From Terriglobia bacterium (lineage in GTDB: Bacteria > Acidobacteriota > Terriglobia > 2-12-FULL-54-10): a DNA stretch of 64,000 nucleotides. This document shows positions 52,065 through 62,416 of the stretch, in pieces (the first letter of the stretch is position 1; each line of letters begins with the position of its first letter). The DNA is taken from the NCBI GenBank assembly GCA_963666975.2, contig CAXVYR010000004.1, forward strand, positions 480,001-544,000, written 5' to 3'. Position numbers and translations under genes: made by a program. The notes beneath the pieces were generated by a model. It worked only from the letters and a program-made list of their open reading frames with translations. It had not been told where the DNA came from and did not search any database.

Positions 52065-54284
52065 CTAACGGATGGTTACCGTTGCCTGCGCTCCTGTGAC
52101 CGGGGAAAATTCCTGCGTGGGGCTGCGAACATCTGCAGGGAAAATCAGGAGGGAGGTCGTGCCTGGCCGGAGCGTCTCAAACGTCAACGTCGCCAGACTC
52201 CCGCTTCCGGATACTCCGCCGCTGCCGGGTGGCCGGGTCAGCGTGATGGTGGCTTTCCCGGACTGTTCCTCTATCCGCTGGACGACGGCAATCGGTTGCC
52301 CGTCCCGGCCCAGAAAACTCCCATTCCTCACCTTCGAGAGCTTCAAGTAGTCGGTCTCGTAGGAGACCTCCAACGGAATGGAAAACAGATCCCGGGCGTT
52401 CTCAATCCTCAAATTCACCTGGAAGGTTTCCTCCGCCCCCTCCTCCAAGCGAAATGGCTGAAAACGCAAACTGGCCGGGGCAACCGACGCGCTGCCGGAA
52501 GGCTCCTCGGACGGTGATTCTGCATCCACCTCCGGCGTGCTGCGGCTATTGCGCAAACGGATGTCCCCTTCCCGTCCCACATCCAATGCTCTCCGGTTGA
52601 GATCGGAAATCTCCCGCAGGCGCACCGTACGCGGCCTCAGCACGATCAACACTTCATCTTCCGCCAGCGTCGTGCTCGTATTGGAAAACAGGTAGCGCAG
52701 GATAGGAATCTGCGAGAGACCGGGCACTCCGCTCACCGTCTTGGTGACCTGCGTTTGCAGAATGCCGCCCAGAACGTTGGCCTCGCCCTCGCGCAGGCGG
52801 ATATCGTGCTCAATGACGCGCTGCCCGATGATCGGCTGCTGGATTCCGCCGATGTCCACCTCCGAAGTCACAGCGGAGATTTCGATGCGCACCTTCAAGG
52901 TAATTTCGCGGTTGGCGTGCACTTTGGGAGTGATGTCCAAGTTCACGCCCACATCGATGTATTGAAACTGGGTCTGCACAGCACCGACCCCCCCAAGGGT
53001 TGGTTGGAAGGCCCCGGTCGCGATGGGCACGCGGTCGCCAATGCGCAACGTGGCCTGCTGGCCGTCGGAGGCTCTGATCTGCGGCCTCTGTAAAATCTTG
53101 GTGTTGGAATCGCTCAGCAAGGCGTTCAGATTGGCTCCCGGCAGAATAAGCGAGAAATCCGAAGAGGCCAAGTTGCCCAGCCGGTTCAAAGCAATCGCCC
53201 CGCCACCGTCCCCCCCGGCGGCTTGGCCGGGATTGAAGATAAGCGGCACCTGCACGCCAGAAGCGCCTCCTGAAACAGGGAACAGGCCCAGGTCACGGGT
53301 CTTATCGCGGCGCACCTCCATCACCAGCACATCCACCACGATTTCCGGCTTCGCTTTGTCCACGTCCCGGATGATTTTCTCGGCCAGAGCCACTTTGTCG
53401 GGCGTATCGCGAATGATGATGGCGTTCATCGAGTTGATCTGCTGGATGCGGCGCGTCTCGAGCAGCGTCCGGATCGCAGTCACCACCTCGGTCAGTTCCT
53501 GCGGGGTAATGATGTTGGACAAATAAAAGGTCTTGATAACCTGCTGCTCCTGCTCCCGGCGCTTCACCGTGGTGTCGGGCACAACCAGGATGGTATTGCG
53601 CGTCAAAACCTTCCAAAATGTCTTGGTCAGCAAAGCCGTCTGGTCGAGCGCCTCTTCCAGCACAACATTGTCCAGCTCCACCGTGATGCGAGTGACAACA
53701 TAGTCCGGGTCAAACAGCACATTAATTCCCGCCAGCCTCCCGATGGTCTCAAACACGACTTTGGCGTCGTTTGTCATGCGCAGATTAACAGGCTCCCGCG
53801 ACAGGGGCTGCAACTCGGGCGGACCGAGCGCTTCCTCCAACCGCGAATCTGCAGCAATGGCTTCCTCCATATCCTCTGCCGGAGGAGCCTGCTGTGCTTC
53901 CATCAGCGCGAGGGTAGTGTCAATCTGCTGTTTGGCGATGACGCTCGAAGGATCGATCGCGTAGGCCTGCTCGAATTCCGCCAGAGCTTCGCTGAGCCTT
54001 CCCTGCTCTTGCAGCCGGTTTCCCCGTTCCACATGATTGGTTCCCGCCAGGAATTGGGTCCTCCGATAGGCGATGATAAATTGCGGATTTTGGGGGTCGA
54101 GGTCGAACGCTTTTTTGTATTGGAAGAAGGCTTCGTCGTAGTTCTCGCGCACCTCGGCCTGCTTGCCCGCTTCGTATTCATCGTCGCCCTTGGCGGCATT
54201 CGCCATCGGCGCTAGGAATTGAACGCCGAGCAGAACTACAAGCCAGGATGTCGTCCAAAGTGACATCCATCTGCGCTGTGACAT
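52065..54284 (-). CDS. secretin (GspD-like) with N-terminal TPR and C-terminal cohesin-like domain
   Basis: KTFYLSN N-domain, LRIGDRVPI, QYIDVGVNLDITP, VPGLSQIPILRYLFS, cohesin-type SGSGSLATLTF. Confidence 0.92.
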   Translation of the reverse strand: MSQRRWMSLWTTSWLVVLLGVQFLAPMANAAKGDDEYEAGKQAEVRENYDEAFFQYKKAFDLDPQNPQFIIAYRRTQFLAGTNHVERGNRLQEQGRLSEALAEFEQAYAIDPSSVIAKQQIDTTLALMEAQQAPPAEDMEEAIAADSRLEEALGPPELQPLSREPVNLRMTNDAKVVFETIGRLAGINVLFDPDYVVTRITVELDNVVLEEALDQTALLTKTFWKVLTRNTILVVPDTTVKRREQEQQVIKTFYLSNIITPQELTEVVTAIRTLLETRRIQQINSMNAIIIRDTPDKVALAEKIIRDVDKAKPEIVVDVLVMEVRRDKTRDLGLFPVSGGASGVQVPLIFNPGQAAGGDGGGAIALNRLGNLASSDFSLILPGANLNALLSDSNTKILQRPQIRASDGQQATLRIGDRVPIATGAFQPTLGGVGAVQTQFQYIDVGVNLDITPKVHANREITLKVRIEISAVTSEVDIGGIQQPIIGQRVIEHDIRLREGEANVLGGILQTQVTKTVSGVPGLSQIPILRYLFSNTSTTLAEDEVLIVLRPRTVRLREISDLNRRALDVGREGDIRLRNSRSTPEVDAESPSEEPSGSASVAPASLRFQPFRLEEGAEETFQVNLRIENARDLFSIPLEVSYETDYLKLSKVRNGSFLGRDGQPIAVVQRIEEQSGKATITLTRPPGSGGVSGSGSLATLTFETLRPGTTSLLIFPADVRSPTQEFSPVTGAQATVTIR

Positions 54285-54510
54285 ACTTGCCTCCCTTCAC
54301 ACTTCTGCCGGGGAGTTAGCCTGAGGCTAACAGGGAATGCGCTTGCACTGGTTTTTAGTGTAGCACAGCTTCCGGCGCAGGGACGCCTCTGAGTAGTGCT
54401 CAAAATAGACCTGCTATTACTGTTGAAGGCACACAACCAGATACCCGGCAGTGCCCAAGTAGTACCTAAATAGTTACATCCGACTTATGGTTCGGAAACT
54501 ATCCTGTAAT

Positions 54511-55530
54511 TTAATGATTTGGTTGATGTTGCAGGTCTAATGGCTGGCGTTCCGGCTCTTCCAGTAAATGGCAGGAAACCCATCTTCCCGGAGCGTACTC
54601 TTTGAGGGGAGGCTTCTCCTCCGAGCACCGCTTGAAAGCGTAGGGGCAGCGTGGATGGAACGAGCATCCGCCGGGCCGGTTCACGGGGCTGGGAACATCA
54701 CCGCGCAGCACAATGCGTGTCTTGGCGCGTTCCGCGCGGGGATCGGGCTCCGGAACAGAGGCGAGCAGCGCCTCCGTGTAAGGATGCCGGGGATGGTGAA
54801 AGATATTCTCAGTCGGTCCCAACTCGACGATCTCACCCAGGTACATCACCGCCACGCGATGGCTGAGCAGCGATACCACGCTCAGGTCGTGGGAAATAAA
54901 CAGATAGCTAAGGCCGAGCCGGGCTTGCAACTCCTGCAGCAGGTTCAGAATCTGCGCCTGGATAGAGACGTCCAGCGCCGAGGCCGGCTCGTCGGCCACG
55001 ACCATGGCCGGGTTCAGCGCCAATGCCCGCGCAATCCCGATGCGCTGCCGCTGCCCTCCGCTAAACTCATGGGGGTAACGGAACATGGCCGAAGAATCGA
55101 GACCCACCGTGGCCAACAGTTCCTCCAAACGTCCATTTAGGTTTGTACTCTGGCCGTAATTGCGCAGCGGCTCGGAGATGATCTCCTTCACCATCATGCG
55201 AGGATTGAGCGAGGCGTAGGGGTCCTGGAAGATCATCTGGATTTCCCGGCGCGCCCGGCGCAGTTTTCCGCCATCCAACGCCGCCAAGTTCTCGCCCCGG
55301 AACAGGACCTCCCCCGCCGTGGGTCGCGAGAGTTGCAGGATGGCGCGAGCCAGCGTGGACTTCCCGCAGCCGCTCTCCCCCACCAGGCCCAGCGTCTCCC
55401 CCGCGTCGACCCAGAAGCTGACATCGTCCACGGCTTTAACGATGCGTTCCGCTCCCGCCGCCACCTTCCCGTGGAAGGGGAAATACTTTTTCAGGTGCTT
55501 TACATGCAGAAGGTGGTTATTGGCAGACAT
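54511..55530 (-). CDS. oligopeptide ABC transporter ATP-binding protein (OppF/DppF)
   Basis: GESGCGKST, QDPYASLNPR, YPHEFSGGQRQR, C-terminal CSFHPRC. Confidence 0.95.
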   Translation of the reverse strand: MSANNHLLHVKHLKKYFPFHGKVAAGAERIVKAVDDVSFWVDAGETLGLVGESGCGKSTLARAILQLSRPTAGEVLFRGENLAALDGGKLRRARREIQMIFQDPYASLNPRMMVKEIISEPLRNYGQSTNLNGRLEELLATVGLDSSAMFRYPHEFSGGQRQRIGIARALALNPAMVVADEPASALDVSIQAQILNLLQELQARLGLSYLFISHDLSVVSLLSHRVAVMYLGEIVELGPTENIFHHPRHPYTEALLASVPEPDPRAERAKTRIVLRGDVPSPVNRPGGCSFHPRCPYAFKRCSEEKPPLKEYAPGRWVSCHLLEEPERQPLDLQHQPNH

Positions 55531-55571
55531 GGCGTTTTGGCACCTTTGGTTTCAAAACATATTGTCCTAAC

Positions 55572-55640
55572 AGGTTGTTAAACAACACCATTTGTCCGCT
55601 CCCTCACCCCTCGACTTCGCTCGGGGCAGGCTCTCGCGGC
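55572..55640. repeat. truncated MITE/REP copy inside the opp operon
   Basis: AGGTTGTTAAACAACACCATTTGTCCGCTCCCTCAC + CCCTCGACTTCGCTCGGGGCAGG + CTCTCGCGGC. Confidence 0.75.
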
Positions 55641-55646
55641 GATTTT

Positions 55647-56630
55647 TCATTTCTTCTGTGTCACATCCACCCAGCAACTGGCTTGGTGTCCCTCACCCAC
55701 GGCCGCCAGAGACGGCGCTTCCACCTGGCATCGCTCCTGCCGGAACGGGCAGCGGTCATAGAAGGAACATCCGGCGGGCAGCCGCGTGAGGTCGGGCGGA
55801 GTGCCTGCAATCGGCTCCAGCCGCTGCCGGGAACCATTCTCCAGGCGCGGCACGGCGCGCAGCAAGGCCAGCGTGTAAGGGTGACGAGGGTTTGCAAACA
55901 GCTCTTCGGTGGCGGCCATCTCCACCACTCGCCCGGCGTACATCACCGCCACCCGGTCGGCCATGCCGGCCACCACCCCCAGGTTGTGCGTGATGAGAAG
56001 AATGGCGGTGCCGAACTCTTCTTTAATCTTGCGGAACAGTTCCAGCACCTGCGCCTGTATGGTGACGTCCAGCGCCGTGGTCGGCTCATCGGCGATCAGC
56101 ACTTTGGGATTGCCGATCAACGCCATCGCGATCATCACCCGCTGGCGCATGCCGCCGCTGAAGCGGTGAGGATAATCGCTCCAGCGGCTGTCGGGCTCCG
56201 GGATGCCGACCTTTCCCAATATCTCAACAGCCCGGCTCCGCGCCTCCCGGCGGCTGAGCCGGTCGTGAACCAGCAGCGGCTCGGCCACCTGCTCGCCGAT
56301 TGTCAGGAAAGGACTGAGCGAGGTCATGGGGTCCTGAAAGACCATTCCAATCTGCTTGCCCCGGACCTGCTGCAACTCGCGCTCGGCGAGGCCGGCCAAA
56401 TCCCGACCCTCAAAAAGAATTCTGCCACCGACAATTCGCCCCGGTGAGGGGACCAACCGCAGCACCGACAGGCAGGTGACGGTCTTTCCGCTCCCGCTCT
56501 CGCCCACAATGCCGAGCGTTTCCCTTTCGCCGAGGTCCATGCTGACCCCGTCCACGGCCTTGGCCACGCCATGCCCTGTGAAGAAGTGCGTCTTCAAATC
56601 CTGAAAGGAAAGAATTGGATTCTGAGCCAA
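55647..56630 (-). CDS. oligopeptide ABC transporter ATP-binding protein (OppD/DppD)
   Basis: [37 protein letters not shown]. Confidence 0.95.
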   Translation of the reverse strand: MAQNPILSFQDLKTHFFTGHGVAKAVDGVSMDLGERETLGIVGESGSGKTVTCLSVLRLVPSPGRIVGGRILFEGRDLAGLAERELQQVRGKQIGMVFQDPMTSLSPFLTIGEQVAEPLLVHDRLSRREARSRAVEILGKVGIPEPDSRWSDYPHRFSGGMRQRVMIAMALIGNPKVLIADEPTTALDVTIQAQVLELFRKIKEEFGTAILLITHNLGVVAGMADRVAVMYAGRVVEMAATEELFANPRHPYTLALLRAVPRLENGSRQRLEPIAGTPPDLTRLPAGCSFYDRCPFRQERCQVEAPSLAAVGEGHQASCWVDVTQKK

Positions 56631-56639
56631 CCGGTCTCC

Positions 56640-57545
56640 TTAATCGAGGCGCAAACGGGGATCGAGAGCGTCCCGCAGGCCGTCGCCGAGAAAGTTTAAG
56701 GAAAACAGCACCGCCGCCAAAACCGCCGCCGGGAAAAACACCAGCCAGGGAAACAATCCCATCACGGTCGCGCCGTCGCTGATCAGCGTGCCCCAACTGG
56801 ATCGAGGGGCTTGAATTCCCAGACCCAGGAAGCTCAAAAAAGCCTCCTGCAAGATCACCGCCGGAACGGTCAGCGTAGCATACACAACGATGGGACCAAG
56901 CATGTTGGGCAGCAGGTGCCGGAACAAGATGCCTGCGCCGCCGGTGCCCGACAGCCGCGCCGCCTCAATGAATTCGGCTTGTTTGAGCGAAAGCACCTGA
57001 CCCCGCACGATCCGCGCCATGGTCAGCCATTGCACCAGCCCCAGGGCGACAAACAGCATCAGGATGCTTTGCGAGAAAAACACGAGCAGGATAATGACCA
57101 GAAACAAATAGGGCAGTGCGTAGAGGAAATCCACAAAGCGCATCATCCACTCATCCGCCCGCCCGCCGCGGTATCCGGCTATTGCGCCGTACAATACCCC
57201 GATCACCAGGCTCACCAGCGTGCCGACCAAGCCCACCGCGAGCGAAATCTGCCCGCCGTGCAGCACACGGCTGAACACGTCCCGCCCCAGCGTGTCGGTC
57301 CCCATCCAGTGACGCAAGCTCGGCGGCGTGGCCCCCAGCCGCAGGTCGGTTTCCTGATAGGGGTAGGGAGCCAGCCAGGAAGCCAGTATGGATGCCACAA
57401 CCACCACGGCAAGAACCGCGGCGCAGACCACCACCATCCGGCTCCGCCACATCTGCCTCCAGGCCAGCGCCCACAGGCTGGTCCCGCGAGCGGCTGCCGA
57501 CGGCACGGGTTGAGAGATGGAGGCCATTGTTTTTCCCAACCTCAC
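56640..57545 (-). CDS. oligopeptide ABC permease (OppC)
   Basis: HWMGTDTLGRD, EFIEAAR EAA loop, EAFLSFLGLG. Confidence 0.95.
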   Translation of the reverse strand: MRLGKTMASISQPVPSAAARGTSLWALAWRQMWRSRMVVVCAAVLAVVVVASILASWLAPYPYQETDLRLGATPPSLRHWMGTDTLGRDVFSRVLHGGQISLAVGLVGTLVSLVIGVLYGAIAGYRGGRADEWMMRFVDFLYALPYLFLVIILLVFFSQSILMLFVALGLVQWLTMARIVRGQVLSLKQAEFIEAARLSGTGGAGILFRHLLPNMLGPIVVYATLTVPAVILQEAFLSFLGLGIQAPRSSWGTLISDGATVMGLFPWLVFFPAAVLAAVLFSLNFLGDGLRDALDPRLRLD

Positions 57546-58477
57546 CCGCTCAATTCGGGCGCATGGTATTCAACGCGCGGGTCCATAAACTTGTAAAGGA
57601 TGTCCACGACCATGTTGGCCAGGATCAGCAGGACCGCGTAAAACAGCACGGTCCCCATCACCGTGGTGTAGTCGCGGCTGAAGGCCGACTCCACAAAGTA
57701 GCGTCCCAGCCCCGGAATAGCGAAAATCTTTTCCACCACAATCGAGCCCGTCACCAGGTGAGCCACTGCCGGACCGAGAAAAGAAACCACCGGAAGCAGC
57801 GACCCGTTGAGGGCGTGCTTCCACAGGAGACGAAACCTGCCGACCCCCTTGGCGCGGGCCGTACGAATGTAGTCCTGTCCCAGCACCTCCAGCATCCCGG
57901 CGCGCGTGAGCCGTGCAATGTAGACGGCGTAGAGCATCCCCAGCGTGACCGACGGCAGCACCATCTGCTCGGGCGAACCCCACAGGCCGGGAGGGAACCA
58001 ATACAGGGTCAGCGAAAAAACAAAGATCAGCAAAGGACCCAGCACGAAGTTCGGGATCGCGATGCCGAGCAAGACAACCGACATCGTGAGATAGTCCACA
58101 AAGGTGCGATGCTTCACCGCTGAGAGGACGCCCGCCGGTATGCCCACCAGCAACGCGAAGGCCAGCGCCGCAATGCCCAACTGGAGGCTAACCGGAAAAC
58201 CATCGGCGATGATTTGGTTCACGGTGCGCTCGGGATACTTGTAGGAGGGGCCCAGGTCACCGCGCAGCAGGTTCCGCATGTAGCGGCCGTACTGCACCCA
58301 GAGCGGCTGATCGAGGCCGAACTTGGCGTCCAGGTTCGCGCGAATCTCCGGCGGTATGGCTCTTTCGGAAAGGAACGGACCGCCCGGAGCCAGGCGCATG
58401 ATGAAGAAGGTGGTGGTGGCGACCAGAAAGATTACGGGAATGGAGATGAGCAGGCGGCGGAGAATGAACCTAACCAC
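57542..58477 (-). CDS. oligopeptide ABC permease (OppB)
   Basis: APGGPF, GLDQPL..QY, DYIRTARAKG, VEKIFAIPGLG. Confidence 0.95.
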   Translation of the reverse strand: MVRFILRRLLISIPVIFLVATTTFFIMRLAPGGPFLSERAIPPEIRANLDAKFGLDQPLWVQYGRYMRNLLRGDLGPSYKYPERTVNQIIADGFPVSLQLGIAALAFALLVGIPAGVLSAVKHRTFVDYLTMSVVLLGIAIPNFVLGPLLIFVFSLTLYWFPPGLWGSPEQMVLPSVTLGMLYAVYIARLTRAGMLEVLGQDYIRTARAKGVGRFRLLWKHALNGSLLPVVSFLGPAVAHLVTGSIVVEKIFAIPGLGRYFVESAFSRDYTTVMGTVLFYAVLLILANMVVDILYKFMDPRVEYHAPELSG

Positions 58478-60179
58478 CGTTTCCCTCCTGACCGTTTCCC
58501 TCCTGACCGTTCCCCTCCTGACCGTTCCCCTCCTGGTTGTCCACCTTCTGTTGCCAGTTATGATCGATCCAGACGTGGTTCAGGGGATGCATATCCAGGA
58601 TGGTGGGATAGAGACCGCGCACATAGGGTTTGATCAGCGAATTGCTAACGTAGGTGTAAATCGGCAGGACCGGAAGGTCTTCTAGAAGGGTCGCCTCGGC
58701 CTGCTGCAAGATATGCATCCTGCGGGCCGGGTCTATTTCCAGCCGGGCCAGGCGAAGAAAGCTGTCGTACAGGGAGTTTTTCCATCCCGTGTTGTTGTTG
58801 CCGTTGTCGCTCTCCATCAGGTCTGTGAAGGTGCTGGGATCGGGGTAATCAGCGATCCATCCCCGGCGGGCAATGTCATAATCCATGTTATCCATCGACT
58901 TCAAATACGACGCCCACTCCTCGTTCCGTATGGTGACTTGAATATTCAGGTTCTTGGCCCACATCTGCTGGATGGCCTCGGCAATCTTCTTATGGCTTTC
59001 GAGTGAGTTAAAGAGGATGTTCAAGACCGGGAACCCCTCCCCGTTGGGGTATCCGGCCTCGGCCAGGAGGCGCGCCGCCTGCTCCGGATCATATTCCGGG
59101 CCGGGCGGCGATTGGTAATCGTCAAACCCCACCGGAACAAAATGGGCGGTAGGAATCTGACCGCCCCGTAAAAGGTCATCGGTAATGGCGCGTCGGTCGA
59201 GAGCCATTGCCAGCGCACGTCGCACCAGCCGATTGTCGAGACCAGGACGGTTGGTATTGAAAGAATAATAATAGATTGTCAGGAACGGCCCCGACTCAAG
59301 ATCCCGGAAGCGGCCCCGCATATATGTAACGTACTCGGGGGGGAACCCCCCGCTTGTCACCCAATCAATCATGCCGGATTCATACATGTTGGCGGAGGTG
59401 TGCAGGTCGTCAACCGAGTAGGCGATGACCCGCTCCAGGCGCACGTTGTCCGCGTCCCAGTAGTGCGGATTCGGCACAAATTCCATTTGGGCGTTAGCGC
59501 GGTGCTCCACAAGGAGGAAAGGGCCATTGCCCACGACGTGCTCAGGGGCTGTCCAACGCGCCCCATGCTCCTCGACCACGTGCGCCGGAACCGGCATATA
59601 GGTGTAAAAGGTGGTGAGGTACAAAAAAAAGGGGGTTGGTTGTTGCAACTTCACCTGGAGCGTGTAGTCGTCGAGCGCCCGCAGGCCCAATTGGGAGGAA
59701 TCTTTTAGCTGCCCTTGGTTGTACCGCTGACCGTTCTCAACATAATACAAGATATTTGCGTAGCTCGATGCGGTTTCAGGATCGAGCGCGCGGGTCCAGG
59801 AATACACAAAGTCGTGCGCCGTGATCGGCCTGCCGTCCGACCAGACGGCCTCTTTACGAAGATAGAAGGTATATGTGACTTGGTCGGGAGAAAGCTCCCA
59901 CCGCTCCGCCGCCCCTGGCCTGGGCTGGAGAGTCTGGGGATCATTTACGGTCAGCCCCTCAAAGAGCAGCCGCGCGATGCGCCCATCAGGTTGACCTGAC
60001 ATGAGGGCCGGGTCCAGATATTCGGGCTCCGCGCCGTTGTTGAAGCGAAAGACGTTCCCCTCGGGAGGGTCCACCTTCCCGAAATACTCCGAGTGACGCT
60101 GGCAGCCTGACGCCAAAAGCAGGACCGCCGCGAACCATAAGAGGGACTTGGGAAAGACAGACTTTGCGGATTGCGTCAT
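58470..60179 (-). CDS. oligopeptide ABC substrate-binding lipoprotein (OppA)
   Basis: lipobox ASGC, EPEYLDP, WSDGRPITAHDFVYSW, GWIADYPDP. Confidence 0.95.
   Translation of the reverse strand: MTQSAKSVFPKSLLWFAAVLLLASGCQRHSEYFGKVDPPEGNVFRFNNGAEPEYLDPALMSGQPDGRIARLLFEGLTVNDPQTLQPRPGAAERWELSPDQVTYTFYLRKEAVWSDGRPITAHDFVYSWTRALDPETASSYANILYYVENGQRYNQGQLKDSSQLGLRALDDYTLQVKLQQPTPFFLYLTTFYTYMPVPAHVVEEHGARWTAPEHVVGNGPFLLVEHRANAQMEFVPNPHYWDADNVRLERVIAYSVDDLHTSANMYESGMIDWVTSGGFPPEYVTYMRGRFRDLESGPFLTIYYYSFNTNRPGLDNRLVRRALAMALDRRAITDDLLRGGQIPTAHFVPVGFDDYQSPPGPEYDPEQAARLLAEAGYPNGEGFPVLNILFNSLESHKKIAEAIQQMWAKNLNIQVTIRNEEWASYLKSMDNMDYDIARRGWIADYPDPSTFTDLMESDNGNNNTGWKNSLYDSFLRLARLEIDPARRMHILQQAEATLLEDLPVLPIYTYVSNSLIKPYVRGLYPTILDMHPLNHVWIDHNWQQKVDNQEGNGQEGNGQEGNGQEGNGG
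58476..58535. repeat. four tandem 15-bp repeats (QEGNG x4)
   Basis: ACCGTT(T/C)CCCTCCTG x4. Confidence 0.92.
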
Positions 60180-60392
60180 GGTGGCAATAAACCTTTCCCG
60201 CCCGCTTTCGTCCATGCAGTCAGGCAACGGGCGTCGGCTCTGTTCCATCCGGCACAAAAAGGAACTCAGATTGACCCGTCACCTTCTCACTCAATTCAAT
60301 TTACTTACGCTCATTTCAATTTACAATGGTTGAGGGAGCTTGCCAAGGGCCGCATCGGGGAGAATTCTTCCTCCTCCGAGCACGGGATAAAA

Positions 60393-60869
60393 ATGAAGGA
60401 AGAAAAAAAGGAAGCAAGGAAAGTTTTCAACGCCAACCGGCAGGCCGCGCACCACTATCACCTTCTCGAACGCTTCGAGGCGGGGCTGGTTTTGACGGGC
60501 ACCGAGGTGAAGGCCATCCGCAGCGGGAAGGTCAACCTGAAGGAAAGCTATGCGGCCATCCGCAATGGAGAGGCATGGCTGCTGAACTGCCACATCAGCC
60601 CCTACGCCTTCGGCAACCGGGAGAACCACGAACCGCTGCGCAGCCGCAAGCTGCTGCTGCACCAGCAGGAGCTGCGCCGGCTCACCGGAAAGGTGACCGA
60701 GCGCGGGCTGACGCTGGTCCCGACGCAGATGTACCTGAAAAAGGGCCGCATCAAGTGCGAAATTGCCCTGGCAAAGGGAAAGAAATTGTACGATAAACGG
60801 GAGACGGAGCGGCGCAAGACCGCCGACAAGGAGGCGCGCCAGGCCGTCAAACACGGGAGATACACTTAG
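60393..60869 (+). CDS. smpB: SsrA-binding protein
   Basis: NRQA.HHY, EAGLVLTGTEVKAIR, HISPY..GN..NHEPLRSRKLLLH, GKKLYDKRE. Confidence 0.97.
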   Translation: MKEEKKEARKVFNANRQAAHHYHLLERFEAGLVLTGTEVKAIRSGKVNLKESYAAIRNGEAWLLNCHISPYAFGNRENHEPLRSRKLLLHQQELRRLTGKVTERGLTLVPTQMYLKKGRIKCEIALAKGKKLYDKRETERRKTADKEARQAVKHGRYT

Positions 60870-60877
60870 GAGGTCGG

Positions 60878-62407
60878 ATGGAAATCGAGTTGAGTTTTGC
60901 CAGCCCAGAGAAGGTGGAAACGGAGGGGTTGGTCGTCCCTGTCTGCGAAAGAAAAAAAGGAGCAAAAGGACAAGAAGGTTTGGGCAGCCGAGCGAAGAGC
61001 CTGGACCAGGCTCTCGGCGGCCTCCTCCGGAAGTTGCTGGACTCCGGCGAGGTGAAGGGGAAACTGCTGGAAACCTCCCTGCTGCACCTGCCGTCTGGTC
61101 TCGGAGCCAGGCGGCTGCTGCTGGTCGGTTGCGGCCCGCAAGAGAAGTTTTCCGCCTTCGAGCTGCGCAAGGTGGCCGGGACAGCGGTTAGATTTCTGAA
61201 GGCAAAATCCATTTCCTCCTGCGCCTTTTTGCTGGAGGACTTCTGCGGAACTAAGACAGGAGACGAGGCAAGCGCGTCGCGGGCCATAGTAGAGGGCAGC
61301 ATCATAGGCAATTTTGAGACGAACAAATATAAAAGCGAGAAGGATTCCCATGAAATGGCGGCGGTGACCCTGGCCGGCGTCTCCAAGAAAAATGAAACGG
61401 CCTTGCAGGCAGCCACCCGGGAGGCGCAGATCGTAGCCGAGTCGCAGAACTTCGCACGCGACTTGGTGAACGAACCAGGCAACCTCCTGACCCCTGCCAT
61501 CCTGGCCGAGCGCGCCCGCCGGATGGCGGCGGAGGTGGGGCTGGAATGCGAGATTCTGGACAAGCAAAAGATCACCGAGTTGAAGATGGGGGCGTTCCTT
61601 TCGGTCAGCCTGGGGAGCGATGAGCCGCCTTGCATGATCGTGCTCCGCTACCTCCCTGCGCAGGCGCCGCCGAGTCCGGTCCTGGGCCTGGTCGGCAAAG
61701 GCATTACGTTTGACAGCGGAGGCATCTCCATCAAACCCGCCGCGGACATGGACAAGATGAAATACGACATGGCCGGCGGCGCCACCATGCTGGGCGTCAT
61801 CCGCGCCGTGGCCTTGCTGAAGCCGAACGTACGAGTCGTTGCCGTGGTGCCCGCATCGGAGAACCTGCTGGGCGGCAAGGCCCAAAAACCGGGAGACATC
61901 CAGACCTCCATGTCCGGCAAAACGATCGAGGTCCTCAACACCGACGCCGAGGGACGGCTGGTGCTGGCCGATGCGCTGACCTACGCCCATCAGGTGCTGG
62001 GCTGCACACACCTGATTGACGCCGCCACGCTCACGGGCGCCTGCGCGGTCGCTCTGGGATCGGTCAACGCGGGAGTCTTTGGATCGGACGAGAGCCTCGT
62101 CGAGCGGCTGCTCGAAAGCTCCCGGACGGCGGGTGAAAAAATGTGGCGGCTGCCCCTGGATGACGAGTATAAAGAACAATTGCGGAGCGCCTTCGCCGAC
62201 CTGCCGAATATCGCCGGGCGCTACGGAGGAGCCATCACGGCCGCTCACTTCCTGAAGGAATTCACCGCCGATCTGCCGTGGACCCATCTGGATATCGCCG
62301 GCACGGCATGGCTCGATGACAACAAGCCGCACATGTCAAAGGGTCCCTCGGGCGTGGCGGTGCGGACACTGACTCAACTCGTGCTGGATTTTGCCGGCCA
62401 ATCCTAA
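60878..62407 (+). CDS. pepA: leucyl aminopeptidase (M17)
   Basis: VGKGITFDSGG, MKYDMAG, NTDAEGRL, ATLTGA, HLDIAG. Confidence 0.96.
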   Translation: MEIELSFASPEKVETEGLVVPVCERKKGAKGQEGLGSRAKSLDQALGGLLRKLLDSGEVKGKLLETSLLHLPSGLGARRLLLVGCGPQEKFSAFELRKVAGTAVRFLKAKSISSCAFLLEDFCGTKTGDEASASRAIVEGSIIGNFETNKYKSEKDSHEMAAVTLAGVSKKNETALQAATREAQIVAESQNFARDLVNEPGNLLTPAILAERARRMAAEVGLECEILDKQKITELKMGAFLSVSLGSDEPPCMIVLRYLPAQAPPSPVLGLVGKGITFDSGGISIKPAADMDKMKYDMAGGATMLGVIRAVALLKPNVRVVAVVPASENLLGGKAQKPGDIQTSMSGKTIEVLNTDAEGRLVLADALTYAHQVLGCTHLIDAATLTGACAVALGSVNAGVFGSDESLVERLLESSRTAGEKMWRLPLDDEYKEQLRSAFADLPNIAGRYGGAITAAHFLKEFTADLPWTHLDIAGTAWLDDNKPHMSKGPSGVAVRTLTQLVLDFAGQS

Positions 62408-62416
62408 GGGCTTTCT

